Shown here one piece after another: positions 1-10,285 of a DNA stretch of 53,826 nucleotides. The notes under the pieces are model-generated. The model saw nothing but the letters and a program-made list of their open reading frames with translations. It did not search any database and was not told the DNA's origin. Numbering within the stretch: position 1 is the stretch's first letter; each line of letters starts with the position of its first letter. The translations under genes were made by a program, and so were the position numbers. This DNA comes from Prevotella sp. (GTDB taxonomy: Bacteria; Bacteroidota; Bacteroidia; Bacteroidales; Bacteroidaceae), in contig JAEEZP010000009.1 of assembly GCA_016291915.1 (NCBI GenBank), forward strand, positions 1 to 53,826, given 5' to 3'.

Positions 1-4
1 TAAC

Positions 5-36
5 TATTTTTGGCAAGATAATAGTCTATATATTTG
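5..36 (+). promoter_or_regulatory. Candidate Bacteroidetes sigma-A -7 elements for the TBDR operon
   Basis: TATTTTTG (5-12) and TATATTTG (29-36) both match TAnnTTTG; the second overlaps the ORF-track TTG start, favouring ATG at 52. Confidence 0.45.
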
Positions 37-51
37 ATAAATGTTAAAATT

Positions 52-2904
52 ATGGTAAGAAAAAACTATTTTAGTGCCATGATTCTGCTTATTACACTTT
101 TACTATCGGGGATCCTCTATCCTCAATCGGTAAAAGCACAAAACAAGAGCAGAATCTATGGAACCGTTTACGAATTAGACGGAAAAAAAACTGTACCACT
201 GGATTTTGCTACGGTGTCTTTCCCTGACTTCAGTATAGGAACGACAACGAACAACGGTGGTAGTTATTCCTTGAACGTACCGCAAGGCAAGGTTAAGATG
301 CGCGTGCAATACGTAGGCAAACACGCTATCGACACACTCGTTAACGTAAAAGGTGATATGCGTCTGAATTTCACATTGCTCAATGAAGACTTCCGTTTGC
401 AAGAGGTTACCGTAACCGCAACGCACAATGCTGCCGGAAGTTCAACATCCAGTAATATCTCCCGTCAAGCCATGGAGCACATGCAGGCTACCAGTCTTTA
501 CGACATCATGGCCTTGCTACCGGGTGGTATAACATCCGAGCAGAACTTAAGTGAGACTAAGACAATGACCCTACGTCAGTCAGGTACCAGAAACACGGCT
601 ACAAACAGTTTGGGTACTGCCATCATCCGTGATGGTGCCCCCATCTCCAACAATGCCAACCTCTCTATCCTAAATACGGCATTCGTCTTAGAAGACAATG
701 GTGGTTCTATTGCTGGTATAGGAGGAACAGCATCACCCAGTGAGGGTGTTGACTTGCGTACGATCTCTACAGAGAACATTGAGAATGTGGAAGTGATCCG
801 TGGTATTCCTTCCGTGGAATACGGTGATCTGACATCCGGTGCAGTGATTATCCACTCTAAGGCCGGTCGTGAGCCGCTCCGTATCAAAGCCAAGGCTAAT
901 CCGAAGGTTTATCAGGGTAGCATTGGTTCTGGTTTCGAGTTAGGTGAGAACAAGGGTGCACTCAACCTGAGTGCTGACTATGCTTACAATGTGAATGACC
1001 CGAAGCAAAGCTTTATCCATTACGAAAGATTAACGGGAAAGGCCCTCTATTCGAAGTCGCTGTTTGCCAACAAACTGCGTTCTAACACCTCACTGGATAT
1101 CTTCTATGGAAAGAGTCGCAGAGACAAGAATCCTATCGATGAGATTTCCATGATCAATCATAAGGGTGAGGATATAGGACTGACATTGAATACCAACGGA
1201 TTGTGGAACATCCAGAAGGGATGGTTGGAGAATATCCGTTATGTGCTCTCTGGTAGTTTTACAGATAAGAGCAGCTATTACGAGGAAGCTGAGAGTTCTG
1301 GTAACGCGCCTTATTCAGGAACGAAGACCGATGGTACTACCCTTACCAATATTGCTGGTGAGCAGATCCCAGGAATTACCAACTTCTCAGCTGAGGATTC
1401 AAAGTACTTTGCATACTATATTCCAAGCAGTTATATTGAGCATTATAATGTTGACAGCAAAGAGATAAACTTCTTCGCCAAGCTCACAGCCAACTTCTTC
1501 AAGCAGTTTGGGAAATCAGTAAACAACCGTATCTTAATCGGTGCAGACTTCAAGGCTGACGGTAACGAAGGAAAGGGTAAGACCTTTGACCAGAAAGAGG
1601 TTCCTTATCGTAATCTCCAATTTGTCAATGGCTCCTTCAGATCCCGTTCATACAAAGATATTCCATGGCTTAAGCATTTCGGTGCCTTCGCAGAAGAGAA
1701 CTTCAACTGGACAATTGGAAGGAATGTCCTCAGTCTGCAAGCCGGTGTCCGTTACGACCACGCATCAGTAGTGGGTGGCGCTATCTCACCGCGTTTCAAT
1801 GCTTCGTTGGATATTATCCCCGATGTACTGACCATTCATGGAGGTTATGGTATCACAGCAAAGATGCCAACCCTGCTCTTCCTCTATCCGGAACCAGCCT
1901 ATTTCGAATATACGAACCTGAATGAGTTAGCGAATGAGAGTATCGCGGAGTCTGACCGCCGGTTTATTACGACCACGAGAGTGTTCGATACACAGAATAA
2001 AGACCTGAAGATTGCCAAGAACCATAAAGCAGAGATCGGCTTCGATCTCCGACTGGGTAAGGTTGACTTGTCGGTCACCGGTTTTACCGAGCATCAGAAG
2101 AATGGTTATTCTCTGACCACGACATTAGGGTCATTCCAGCCTGTTGTCTATAATAAGTTCACGCGTGATGACAATTTCAACATTGTACTGGATCAGGCCT
2201 ACAATGTGATTTCCCGTTACAATGTACCATGTAACAACCGTTTCGCAAAGACCAAAGGTGTGGAGTTTGAATTGAACATCGGTCGTATAGAGGCCATCCG
2301 CACCTCCTTCCAGTTGAACGGTGCTTGGATGAGGTCCCAGAGTTATACCACGGGATTGTCTTTCTACGATAACAACTCTGAGGTTCCTGCCGGACGCCAT
2401 GATATCGGTATCTATGAGGGACATGGCATCGACTATTACTCTCAGCAATTTACAACAGCCTTGCGTGCTACCCATAACATCCCACAGATCGGATTTGTAG
2501 TGACACTGACAGCGCAGGCTATATGGCAGGATCAGAGCTGGGCCGTATTCCACAACGACACCATTCCTATCGGATACTTGTCACAGACAACGGCACAGCC
2601 TACCTATTTCCAGACAAACCAGTATAAGACCGTACAGGATGTGCGTGATGCAGGATTGACCTACCTGCTCAACTATCCCAATCACACTAATGCGTTAAAA
2701 GAATCGTTCAGTCCCTATTTCCTCTTCAACCTCAATCTGACAAAGGAAATTAGTGATATGCTGCGTGTGTCCTTCTTTGCCAATAACATGTTCCGCAGCT
2801 ATCCTCGTCGTGAAAGCAAGCGTACTCCTGGTGAGTATGAAGTGATGTTCCGCGATGATGGCAACAGATTCTATTTTGGTGTTGAGTTATCACTTAAGTT
2901 ATAA
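52..2904 (+). CDS. TonB-dependent outer membrane receptor with N-terminal carboxypeptidase-regulatory-like domain
   Basis: Signal peptide ending VKA-Q; TonB-box-like LQEVTVTA; plug motif IENVEVIRGIPSVEYGDLTSG; C-terminal strand FYFGVELSLKL. ORF track starts at TTG 34; ATG 52 preferred. Confidence 0.9.
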   Translation: MVRKNYFSAMILLITLLLSGILYPQSVKAQNKSRIYGTVYELDGKKTVPLDFATVSFPDFSIGTTTNNGGSYSLNVPQGKVKMRVQYVGKHAIDTLVNVKGDMRLNFTLLNEDFRLQEVTVTATHNAAGSSTSSNISRQAMEHMQATSLYDIMALLPGGITSEQNLSETKTMTLRQSGTRNTATNSLGTAIIRDGAPISNNANLSILNTAFVLEDNGGSIAGIGGTASPSEGVDLRTISTENIENVEVIRGIPSVEYGDLTSGAVIIHSKAGREPLRIKAKANPKVYQGSIGSGFELGENKGALNLSADYAYNVNDPKQSFIHYERLTGKALYSKSLFANKLRSNTSLDIFYGKSRRDKNPIDEISMINHKGEDIGLTLNTNGLWNIQKGWLENIRYVLSGSFTDKSSYYEEAESSGNAPYSGTKTDGTTLTNIAGEQIPGITNFSAEDSKYFAYYIPSSYIEHYNVDSKEINFFAKLTANFFKQFGKSVNNRILIGADFKADGNEGKGKTFDQKEVPYRNLQFVNGSFRSRSYKDIPWLKHFGAFAEENFNWTIGRNVLSLQAGVRYDHASVVGGAISPRFNASLDIIPDVLTIHGGYGITAKMPTLLFLYPEPAYFEYTNLNELANESIAESDRRFITTTRVFDTQNKDLKIAKNHKAEIGFDLRLGKVDLSVTGFTEHQKNGYSLTTTLGSFQPVVYNKFTRDDNFNIVLDQAYNVISRYNVPCNNRFAKTKGVEFELNIGRIEAIRTSFQLNGAWMRSQSYTTGLSFYDNNSEVPAGRHDIGIYEGHGIDYYSQQFTTALRATHNIPQIGFVVTLTAQAIWQDQSWAVFHNDTIPIGYLSQTTAQPTYFQTNQYKTVQDVRDAGLTYLLNYPNHTNALKESFSPYFLFNLNLTKEISDMLRVSFFANNMFRSYPRRESKRTPGEYEVMFRDDGNRFYFGVELSLKL

Positions 2905-2918
2905 AGAAAAGAAGCAAT

Positions 2919-4184
2919 ATGAAAAAGATACAATATATCCTGTTGGGATTGGTGACCGTACTCTTCGTCTCCTGCGACCAGTTCAAGGAGGCTGATGAGG
3001 CTACGAAGATCGAGCCACTCGATGTGAATGTCAGTTTGTCAATTGATGTGCCGGGCCTGGCATCTGCCGAGGGCTTGGTGGTGAAAATAGAGAATACGGG
3101 CGATGGCCTTTCCTATCGTAAGGAATTTACAGGCACGGAAGTAAGTGTAAGTGATGTGATTCCCGGTATCTATACCATCTCTGTATCTGGTACAGCCTTG
3201 GATACCGAAGGAAACGAGTATTATATCAATGGTAATGAGGTAAATAAAGCCCTCTATGCCGGCGTGAACAGCGTTAAGATCTCCATGCAAGGATTGAAGG
3301 TCAGTCCGTTAGTCTTCAAGGAGATTTACTACTGCGGATCACGTCCACCTGTAGGTTTCGCTTATTTCCGTGATCAGTTCTATGAAATTTACAACAACTC
3401 CAGCGAGGTGCAGTATCTCGATGGTATCCACTTTGCACAGTTATATCCTAATGCTGCGACCCGTACGCTCCCTGTGTGGCCAGAAAGCGATGCTGGAAAA
3501 TATTGTTATGGAGAGCGCGTATGGAAGTTCCCGGGCAACGGTACACAGTATCCATTGCAACCCGGCGAGTCGGCTGTGATCGCACAGTTTGCTGCTAACC
3601 ACAAGTTGGAAATCTACAACCCCAACTCACCCGTTGACTGTAGTCATGCCGAGTTTGAGTTTAACATGAACAATGCTAACTTCCCTGATCAGCCTGCTAT
3701 TGACATGGCTCATGTCTATTATAATGGTAAAGCAGAGATGGGAACTATACCTCAATTCCTTACATCTGTATTTGGTGGTGCTTTTGCGATATTCCGCATT
3801 CCTGCCGGAGAGGTATGGGATCCCGTGAATAATTTGGATTTGCAGGCTGATGATCTGAAGAATCTCAACCAAAAGCATAAGGCTCGTATCCCTATCAGCT
3901 ATGTTTTGGATGCTGTAGAGTGCGTGAATGGTGAGAGCTATCAGGATGCCAAGCGTATTCCTGCCGTGCTCGATGCCGGTTGTACATGGGTTGGTTCTTC
4001 CTATTGCAGTCTGGGTGTTGCCCGTAAGGTGAGTGTAACGGAAGAGGGTGATACTATTCGTCGTGAAAACGGCGCCCTGATTTTCCAGGACACCAACAAC
4101 TCTACCGATGACTTTGAGAGAGGTGTCGTTCCTGAACTTCACCGTTATGGAACAGGTGTACCTTCATGGAATGTTACTTATTAA
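2919..4184 (+). CDS. Surface lipoprotein, DUF4876-like
   Basis: Lipobox LFVS-C followed by acidic residues; motifs LVFKEIYYCGS, DQFYEIYNNS, QDTNNSTDDF typical of DUF4876 proteins beside TBDRs. Confidence 0.75.
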   Translation: MKKIQYILLGLVTVLFVSCDQFKEADEATKIEPLDVNVSLSIDVPGLASAEGLVVKIENTGDGLSYRKEFTGTEVSVSDVIPGIYTISVSGTALDTEGNEYYINGNEVNKALYAGVNSVKISMQGLKVSPLVFKEIYYCGSRPPVGFAYFRDQFYEIYNNSSEVQYLDGIHFAQLYPNAATRTLPVWPESDAGKYCYGERVWKFPGNGTQYPLQPGESAVIAQFAANHKLEIYNPNSPVDCSHAEFEFNMNNANFPDQPAIDMAHVYYNGKAEMGTIPQFLTSVFGGAFAIFRIPAGEVWDPVNNLDLQADDLKNLNQKHKARIPISYVLDAVECVNGESYQDAKRIPAVLDAGCTWVGSSYCSLGVARKVSVTEEGDTIRRENGALIFQDTNNSTDDFERGVVPELHRYGTGVPSWNVTY

Positions 4185-4220
4185 GTCATGAATGTGGAAT
4201 AACAAAAAGGATTATAAGTT

Positions 4221-5783
4221 ATGAAAAGACAACATATATTTATAAGGGGATTAATGGCTACAGTGTTTCTGTCTGGCCTCACCCCTGCTTTGGCGCAAGT
4301 GAACAACTCACCTGCGGCCATGGAGAAACTGAAGGAGCATAATCTTTGGTTCCAGACGAAGAATGCTGCGGGAACGGTTTACGACAACACCCGGCAGTTC
4401 TCCAATATCATTGTCAACTATGATATGGAAGACGGTGACTTCAAGCGTCCGCAACAGGGTGAGAAAGACAAGACACTCTCTGTCAGCAGTGAAGGATTCT
4501 TAGATCTGAAGAATGTCTATGTTTGGGGACAGTTCATCTTCCAGCATGAGGATGTGAAAGATGCCAGTTACAACGCTTCTATTACCGATCCGTTCAGAGG
4601 CATGCCCTACTATGTAACAGACGAATACAGTGACAGTAAGTGGAGAAACCAGTTCTACGATCTGCATTTTCGCGCCTCAACGCCTGTTATCAACAACTGG
4701 CTGACGTTAGGTATTGACGGAACTTATAAGGCATCCATCGCGGCTAAGCAGCGAGACCCGAGTGTGGACACCCGTTTCTATACCCTGCAACTGATCCCAA
4801 GTGCAACGTTTGCCTTCAATGAGAAGAACCGTGCAGGTGTTCATATAGGTTACTCATCCATCAAGGAAGATGTCAAGATGGAGAACACCTATACCTACCT
4901 TTATCAGGCATACTGGACAAATTACGGTTTAGGTGTATCAACTTACGGTTATAGTTCAGGTGGTCCAAGTATTAACTATTTCGGTCATATTTGGGAGGCA
5001 GGCGTACAGTACCAGCATCAAGATGATGTATGGAACATCCTTTTGGAAGGAAAGTATGCCAAACGAGTTGAGAATGCAGAGAACTCCTTCTCTACGCCTC
5101 GCAAGCAGTTTGCCGCCAAAGATCAAAAGATTGATGTCATCGGTACGATCCTCCGTGAGGGTGAGGACTACACCCATTCCTTGAAGGCCGCATGGGGTTA
5201 CCGCCATATCGATGGTATTCAGTATATCAATGAGCGTGATAACACCGAGGCACAGCAGGGTTGGATCGACTTGCATCATGACATCCGCTCCACCTATGTT
5301 ACACGTACGGCTTCGTTTAAGTATGGTATCATGCGTAACCGCGGTGATGAGTACAACTGGCGTGTAGATGCCAGCGTGGCTTACGTGGGATACAGTGATG
5401 AGTATCTCCTCCCGAACTCAACAAAAGACTCAAAGAATCTCTTCGTTGACCTGGAAGCTAAGAAGAACATCAAGGTAGGTGACCGCCTGAATAACCGTCT
5501 GTTGGTAGCTGTCAAGGGTGGTCTGCGCAATGCTATGAGCGGTGAGTATCGCTATGGCGGCACTCATGAGGATTATCCAACTATTGCCATGGAGGCAGCC
5601 GACGAGGATTACCTGACCAGCGATGCATGGCATGTAGGTGGTTCTCTTACTTACTCACAGCAGGTGAAGGAGAATCAGAAACTGAATGTCTATCTGAAGG
5701 CAGCCATCGACTATCACAAGTCGAAAGTTGATATCTTCGATAAACGAACCTTTGCTACTTGCACTTTAGGATTTAATTTCTAA
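4221..5783 (+). CDS. Outer membrane beta-barrel protein, DUF6850-like
   Basis: Signal peptide ALA-Q; alternating strands; AAKQRDP motif; C-terminal LGFNF. Confidence 0.7.
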   Translation: MKRQHIFIRGLMATVFLSGLTPALAQVNNSPAAMEKLKEHNLWFQTKNAAGTVYDNTRQFSNIIVNYDMEDGDFKRPQQGEKDKTLSVSSEGFLDLKNVYVWGQFIFQHEDVKDASYNASITDPFRGMPYYVTDEYSDSKWRNQFYDLHFRASTPVINNWLTLGIDGTYKASIAAKQRDPSVDTRFYTLQLIPSATFAFNEKNRAGVHIGYSSIKEDVKMENTYTYLYQAYWTNYGLGVSTYGYSSGGPSINYFGHIWEAGVQYQHQDDVWNILLEGKYAKRVENAENSFSTPRKQFAAKDQKIDVIGTILREGEDYTHSLKAAWGYRHIDGIQYINERDNTEAQQGWIDLHHDIRSTYVTRTASFKYGIMRNRGDEYNWRVDASVAYVGYSDEYLLPNSTKDSKNLFVDLEAKKNIKVGDRLNNRLLVAVKGGLRNAMSGEYRYGGTHEDYPTIAMEAADEDYLTSDAWHVGGSLTYSQQVKENQKLNVYLKAAIDYHKSKVDIFDKRTFATCTLGFNF

Positions 5784-5791
5784 CGATCGAT

Positions 5792-5851
5792 GATGCTGGT
5801 GGTGCTGTCTGGCGGTATGAAACCCGCCATGACAGGATCATCAGCATCTTT
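5792..5851 (+). terminator. Long intra-operonic hairpin (attenuator, processing or stability element)
   Basis: GATGCTGGTGGTGCTGTCTGGCGG-tatgaaac-CCGCCATGACAGGATCATCAGCATC pairs over about 23 bp with G-U pairs; only TTT follows. Confidence 0.55.
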
Positions 5852-5865
5852 CCTTAATAGCGAAC

Positions 5866-8043
5866 ATGAGAAAAACAATATTACAGACTTTCATCCTTTT
5901 ATGCCTGGCCACCATGGCAATGGCACAGAAATATGTCCGACCGAAGGAGCGCCAGCTCACACGGTCGTTTGCCGTTATTACGGATACAAAGACGTGGAAA
6001 CTGTGTAAGTCGGAACTGGTGGCATACCAGCAAATGCTCAACGAGGAGCAGTTGCCCACCTTTATAATATATAAAGACTGGAAAAGGCCTGAGGAAGTAA
6101 AAAAGGTGATTCAGCGCCTTCACTCACAGAATCATCTTGAGGGTGTGGTGTTTGTCGGGGATATCCCCATTGCGATGATCCGCAAGGCACAACATCTCAC
6201 CTCTGCCTTTAAGATGAATGAGAACACCTTCCCATGGAATGAATCATCTGTGCCCAGTGACCGTTTCTATGATGATTTCCATCTGGTGTTTGATTATGTG
6301 AAACAGGATTCCGTACAAAAGAATTTCTTCTATTACGAACTGGCTGTACAGTCGCCGCAGACGATACACTGCGACATCTATTCAGGTCGTATCAAACCCG
6401 TAGATAACGGTGTGGATCCCTATCAGCAGATCCGTGATTATCTGTTGAAGACCATCGAGCAGCATCGTTCCGGAAACAAACTGGATCAGTTCTTCTCTTA
6501 TACAGGGGAAGGCTCGTACTCCAATTCCCTCACGGCATGGACACCGGAGGCTTTTACCATCAGGGAACAGATGCCGGGGATATTCGACAAACAAGGAAGA
6601 GCCCGCTTCATGCGTTACAGCTTCTATGATTATCCGAAAGAAACGGTGATGAATATGATGAAGCGTGAGGATCTCGACTTGGCTATCTTCCATGAGCATG
6701 GCACGCCCGACAGACAATATCTCTCTGCTTCACCAGCCACGGAGGATCTCAATAGTCATATCGAGAAGTTAAAGGCTGACAAACGGTCCTACATCCGTCG
6801 TTGGGCCAAGACACCTGAGAAGATAGCAGAGTATATTCAGAAACAACGTGAGGAATACGGTCTTGACGCTTCCTGGTTTGAGGGATACGACGATCCCAAG
6901 CTGTTAGAGAAAGACTCCCTGCTTGATCTGAAGACAGGTATTGTCCTTAGTGATGTTACCAAGATGAAGCCCAATGCACGCATGGTGATCTTCGATGCTT
7001 GCTACAACGGTGACTTCCGGGAGAAAGACTATATCGCAGGGCGTTATATCTTCTCTGAAGGTAAGAGTGCCGTCGCCTTTGCCAATAGTGTCAATGTACT
7101 GCAGGACAAACAGGCAAACGAGATGCTGGGATTGCTGGGATTAGGAGCAAGAGTAGGACAATGGGCACAACTCACGAATATCCTGGAATCACATGTGATA
7201 GGTGATCCTACCTTCCGCTTTACCTCGAATGATGCCTCTCTTAACCTCAGCGAACTGATCAGCCGACCCTACAATGAGGCAGAGGCATTACGGAATGTAG
7301 ATTCCCCGTATGCCGATGTGCAGAACCTCGCCTTACATCAGCTTTATCGCAATGGTTATGCAGGCATTTCCAACTTACTGGCCAAGAAATACCGCACATC
7401 ACCCTATGCTGTTGTAAGATACACCTCGTTGGCTTTATTGACGCAGGTAAACGACAGGAATCTGCAAGAGATCCTGAAAGAGTCTATCCACGACAGTAAT
7501 GAGTTTATCCGTCGTACCACGGTACGCTTCATGGCTTATGTCGGTCTTAACGACTACGTCCCCTTGTTAGTTAAGGAATATGCCGAGAATTATTTCTCCG
7601 AGCGTGAGCGTTTCGATATCGGTATGAAGATGAGGGTCTTTGATGAAAAAGTGGTGAAGAAAGCGGTGGAGGATGTGTTGGCTCACTCTTATGTCACCGA
7701 CAGGAAAGAACTTGCTGAGGTGCTCCTGAAGGAAAATGAGTACAAGACCTCCGCTGATGAGCATATCTTTGATAAGACCGGCAAGAAAGGATATCGTATC
7801 TCGTATATCAACTCACTGAAGAATGAGAACATCCACGCATCCATTGACGGTTACCTGAAACTGATTCTCGATGCTGATGAAGAAGAGAAGGTACGTTGTG
7901 CCTTGCTGGAATCTTTGGCATGGTTCAAATGGTCGTACCGTCGTCAGGACATCATGAATGCCTGCCAACAGTTGATGAGCAATGTGAACACACCGGCTGC
8001 AGTTAGGGAAAATGCTGAAAGAACCTATTTTAGACTGAAGTAA
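5866..8043 (+). CDS. C25 (gingipain-like) cysteine peptidase domain + HEAT-like repeats, paralog 1
   Basis: Signal peptide AMA-Q; motifs VFVGDIP, SDRFYDD, FHEHG, IFDACYNGDF, VIGDPT; helical C-terminus; no T9SS CTD. Confidence 0.75.
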   Translation: MRKTILQTFILLCLATMAMAQKYVRPKERQLTRSFAVITDTKTWKLCKSELVAYQQMLNEEQLPTFIIYKDWKRPEEVKKVIQRLHSQNHLEGVVFVGDIPIAMIRKAQHLTSAFKMNENTFPWNESSVPSDRFYDDFHLVFDYVKQDSVQKNFFYYELAVQSPQTIHCDIYSGRIKPVDNGVDPYQQIRDYLLKTIEQHRSGNKLDQFFSYTGEGSYSNSLTAWTPEAFTIREQMPGIFDKQGRARFMRYSFYDYPKETVMNMMKREDLDLAIFHEHGTPDRQYLSASPATEDLNSHIEKLKADKRSYIRRWAKTPEKIAEYIQKQREEYGLDASWFEGYDDPKLLEKDSLLDLKTGIVLSDVTKMKPNARMVIFDACYNGDFREKDYIAGRYIFSEGKSAVAFANSVNVLQDKQANEMLGLLGLGARVGQWAQLTNILESHVIGDPTFRFTSNDASLNLSELISRPYNEAEALRNVDSPYADVQNLALHQLYRNGYAGISNLLAKKYRTSPYAVVRYTSLALLTQVNDRNLQEILKESIHDSNEFIRRTTVRFMAYVGLNDYVPLLVKEYAENYFSERERFDIGMKMRVFDEKVVKKAVEDVLAHSYVTDRKELAEVLLKENEYKTSADEHIFDKTGKKGYRISYINSLKNENIHASIDGYLKLILDADEEEKVRCALLESLAWFKWSYRRQDIMNACQQLMSNVNTPAAVRENAERTYFRLK

Positions 8044-8045
8044 TC

Positions 8046-10283
8046 ATGAGAAGAAACATACTGATAATATTGGTCCTGATGCTCACACTGAATGTGGGAG
8101 CAGCCAAACGTGTGGTGAAGAAGACGGTAGCGGTACCAACCCCCGTGATCATACAACCATTACAGCAGCATCCTACGGCCTTCGCTGTGATTACCGATGA
8201 CTCTACCTTCGTACGATGCAACGAGGCAATCCTCAGATATCGTGATGCAGTGGAATACGATGGACTTTCCACCTATATCGTACATGCCAGATGGCAGTCA
8301 CCCACAGAGGTAAGGAACATGCTTCAGAAGTTGTATGCAGAATGTCCTACCTTGGAAGGAATTGTGCTCGTTGGTGATATTCCCATTGCCATGGTACGCA
8401 ACGCCCAGCATATGACAACTGCCTTTAAGATGGATGAAGCAAAATTCCCTATCTATGAATCAAGTGTTCCTACAGACCGCTTCTATGACGATCTGCATCT
8501 GCAGTTCCGTTTTATGCAGAAAGACTCTGTGAATGAACGACTGTTTTACTATCAACTCACAGAAGAAAGTCCTCAGTCGCTTCAACCCACCTTCTACTCT
8601 GCCCGAATCAAATATCCAGAGGGTATGGGTGGTGACAAGTACGAGGGTATAACAGCCTTCCTGAATAAAGCTGCCGATGCCAAATATCATTGTAAGAACA
8701 ACCCCTTAGATCAGGTAGTGACCTATAATGGTGGTTCTTACAACTACGACTGTCTGTTGGTTTACATGGATGAAGAGAAGGCTTATCGGGAGAATTTCCC
8801 CTTAGCCTTCCGTGACGGACTATCATTCAAGCACTGGAACTTCCGTATGCAGGAGGCGATGAAGTACAAGATCTTCAGTGAGATGCAACGAAAGGATCTG
8901 GACCTTTTCATGTTCCACGAGCATGGCAATCCCGATAGTCAGTTGGTTAACGACAATAAGAAAGGAACATCTTCCACCGTACGTTATGATTTACTGAAAG
9001 GAAATATCTATTCCTCGATTCGCCGACATGTGGAGAAGAAAGGATTGGATGAAGACTCGCTGATTCTTGCCATGCAGAAGAAATTCGGTTTGACACCGGA
9101 ATTCTTCAAAGACTACAAGAATCCTGACTATTGGAGGAAAGACTCTATCGAGGATGCCGATGTCTATATCACGCTGAAAGATCTTGATGGCCGTATCACG
9201 AATCCTACGATGGTGATGTTCGATGCATGCTACAACGGCTCTTTCCATGAGAAAGACCAGATAGCCGGCAGGTATATCTTTAATCATGGAAGTACTTTAG
9301 TGGTGCAAGGGAATACCCGTAATGTTTTGCAAGACCGATGGACCATAGAGATGGTGGGATTACTGTCTCACGGTTTGCGTGTAGGACAATATAACCGTCA
9401 GGTGGCAACACTGGAAGGACACCTCCTCGGGGACCCTACCGTACATTTTGCGCCTATCAAAGAAAACACGCTTTCTACCGATGTGGTGACCAAGGCAACA
9501 GATATGGCTTATTGGAAGAGTGTGTTGAACAGTGAGTTTGCCGACATACAGTGTCTTGCCCTCAGAAAGATTGCCGATTTGGATAAGCAACATACCCAAG
9601 CTCCTTTCTTCCTGAATAAGTTTAGGGAAAGTACCTTCAACACAGTAAGAATGGAATGTCTGAAGATGCTGAGTCGTTATAACGACAAGCATTTTATCGA
9701 GGCGGTGCGTATCGGTCTACGCGATCCTTATGAGCGTGTGGCACGCAGCTGTGCTGATTTAGCTGGAGAGATATGTTCACCGGAACTGATTCCTGAAGTT
9801 GTAGAAACACTCATGGGTGACGAAGAGCGGATACGTGCCCAATATGCGCTCAACAACTCCATCTATCTGTTCAACGGTGATGATATCATTCGAGAGTTAG
9901 AGAAATTCTTTGCCAAAGCGAACCGTGTCAATGTTGAAGAGGAAGCCGGAAAGGCTATCAATGCTTTGAAAAAAGAATTTGAAGATCGTATGCAGCGCGA
10001 AGACGTGATCTTCGACAAAACCAAGAGCGATGCTGCACGTATGTCAAATATCCGTCTCCTTCGTAACTATCCCCGCACGGGAGGCATTCCCCGTTTCCTG
10101 TCATTCATCGATGATGCAGGTAATCCGCTGGTGTTACGCGTAGCCATGGCAGAAGCATTAGGTTGGTTCAATTACTCCGTAGGACGGCAAACCATCATCG
10201 AAGGTTGCCAGGCACTCTTGCAAAAAGAACAACCTGACGAATTAAAGGCTGAGTTAATACAAACCATCAATCGACTGAAATAA
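8046..10283 (+). CDS. C25-like cysteine peptidase domain + HEAT-like repeats, paralog 2
   Basis: Signal peptide; VLVGDIP, TDRFYDD, FHEHG, MFDACYNG, LLGDPT; starts 2 nt after paralog 1 stop. Confidence 0.75.
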   Translation: MRRNILIILVLMLTLNVGAAKRVVKKTVAVPTPVIIQPLQQHPTAFAVITDDSTFVRCNEAILRYRDAVEYDGLSTYIVHARWQSPTEVRNMLQKLYAECPTLEGIVLVGDIPIAMVRNAQHMTTAFKMDEAKFPIYESSVPTDRFYDDLHLQFRFMQKDSVNERLFYYQLTEESPQSLQPTFYSARIKYPEGMGGDKYEGITAFLNKAADAKYHCKNNPLDQVVTYNGGSYNYDCLLVYMDEEKAYRENFPLAFRDGLSFKHWNFRMQEAMKYKIFSEMQRKDLDLFMFHEHGNPDSQLVNDNKKGTSSTVRYDLLKGNIYSSIRRHVEKKGLDEDSLILAMQKKFGLTPEFFKDYKNPDYWRKDSIEDADVYITLKDLDGRITNPTMVMFDACYNGSFHEKDQIAGRYIFNHGSTLVVQGNTRNVLQDRWTIEMVGLLSHGLRVGQYNRQVATLEGHLLGDPTVHFAPIKENTLSTDVVTKATDMAYWKSVLNSEFADIQCLALRKIADLDKQHTQAPFFLNKFRESTFNTVRMECLKMLSRYNDKHFIEAVRIGLRDPYERVARSCADLAGEICSPELIPEVVETLMGDEERIRAQYALNNSIYLFNGDDIIRELEKFFAKANRVNVEEEAGKAINALKKEFEDRMQREDVIFDKTKSDAARMSNIRLLRNYPRTGGIPRFLSFIDDAGNPLVLRVAMAEALGWFNYSVGRQTIIEGCQALLQKEQPDELKAELIQTINRLK

Positions 10284-10285
10284 AG

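Noticed and set aside
52-4184. Classical SusC/SusD polysaccharide utilisation locus
   Set aside because: The lipoprotein is not SusD-like, SusC signature motifs were not seen, and no CAZymes are adjacent
5790-6008. 72-aa ORF as a leader peptide over the hairpin
   Set aside because: Overlaps paralog 1 out of frame for most of its length and has no leader-peptide features
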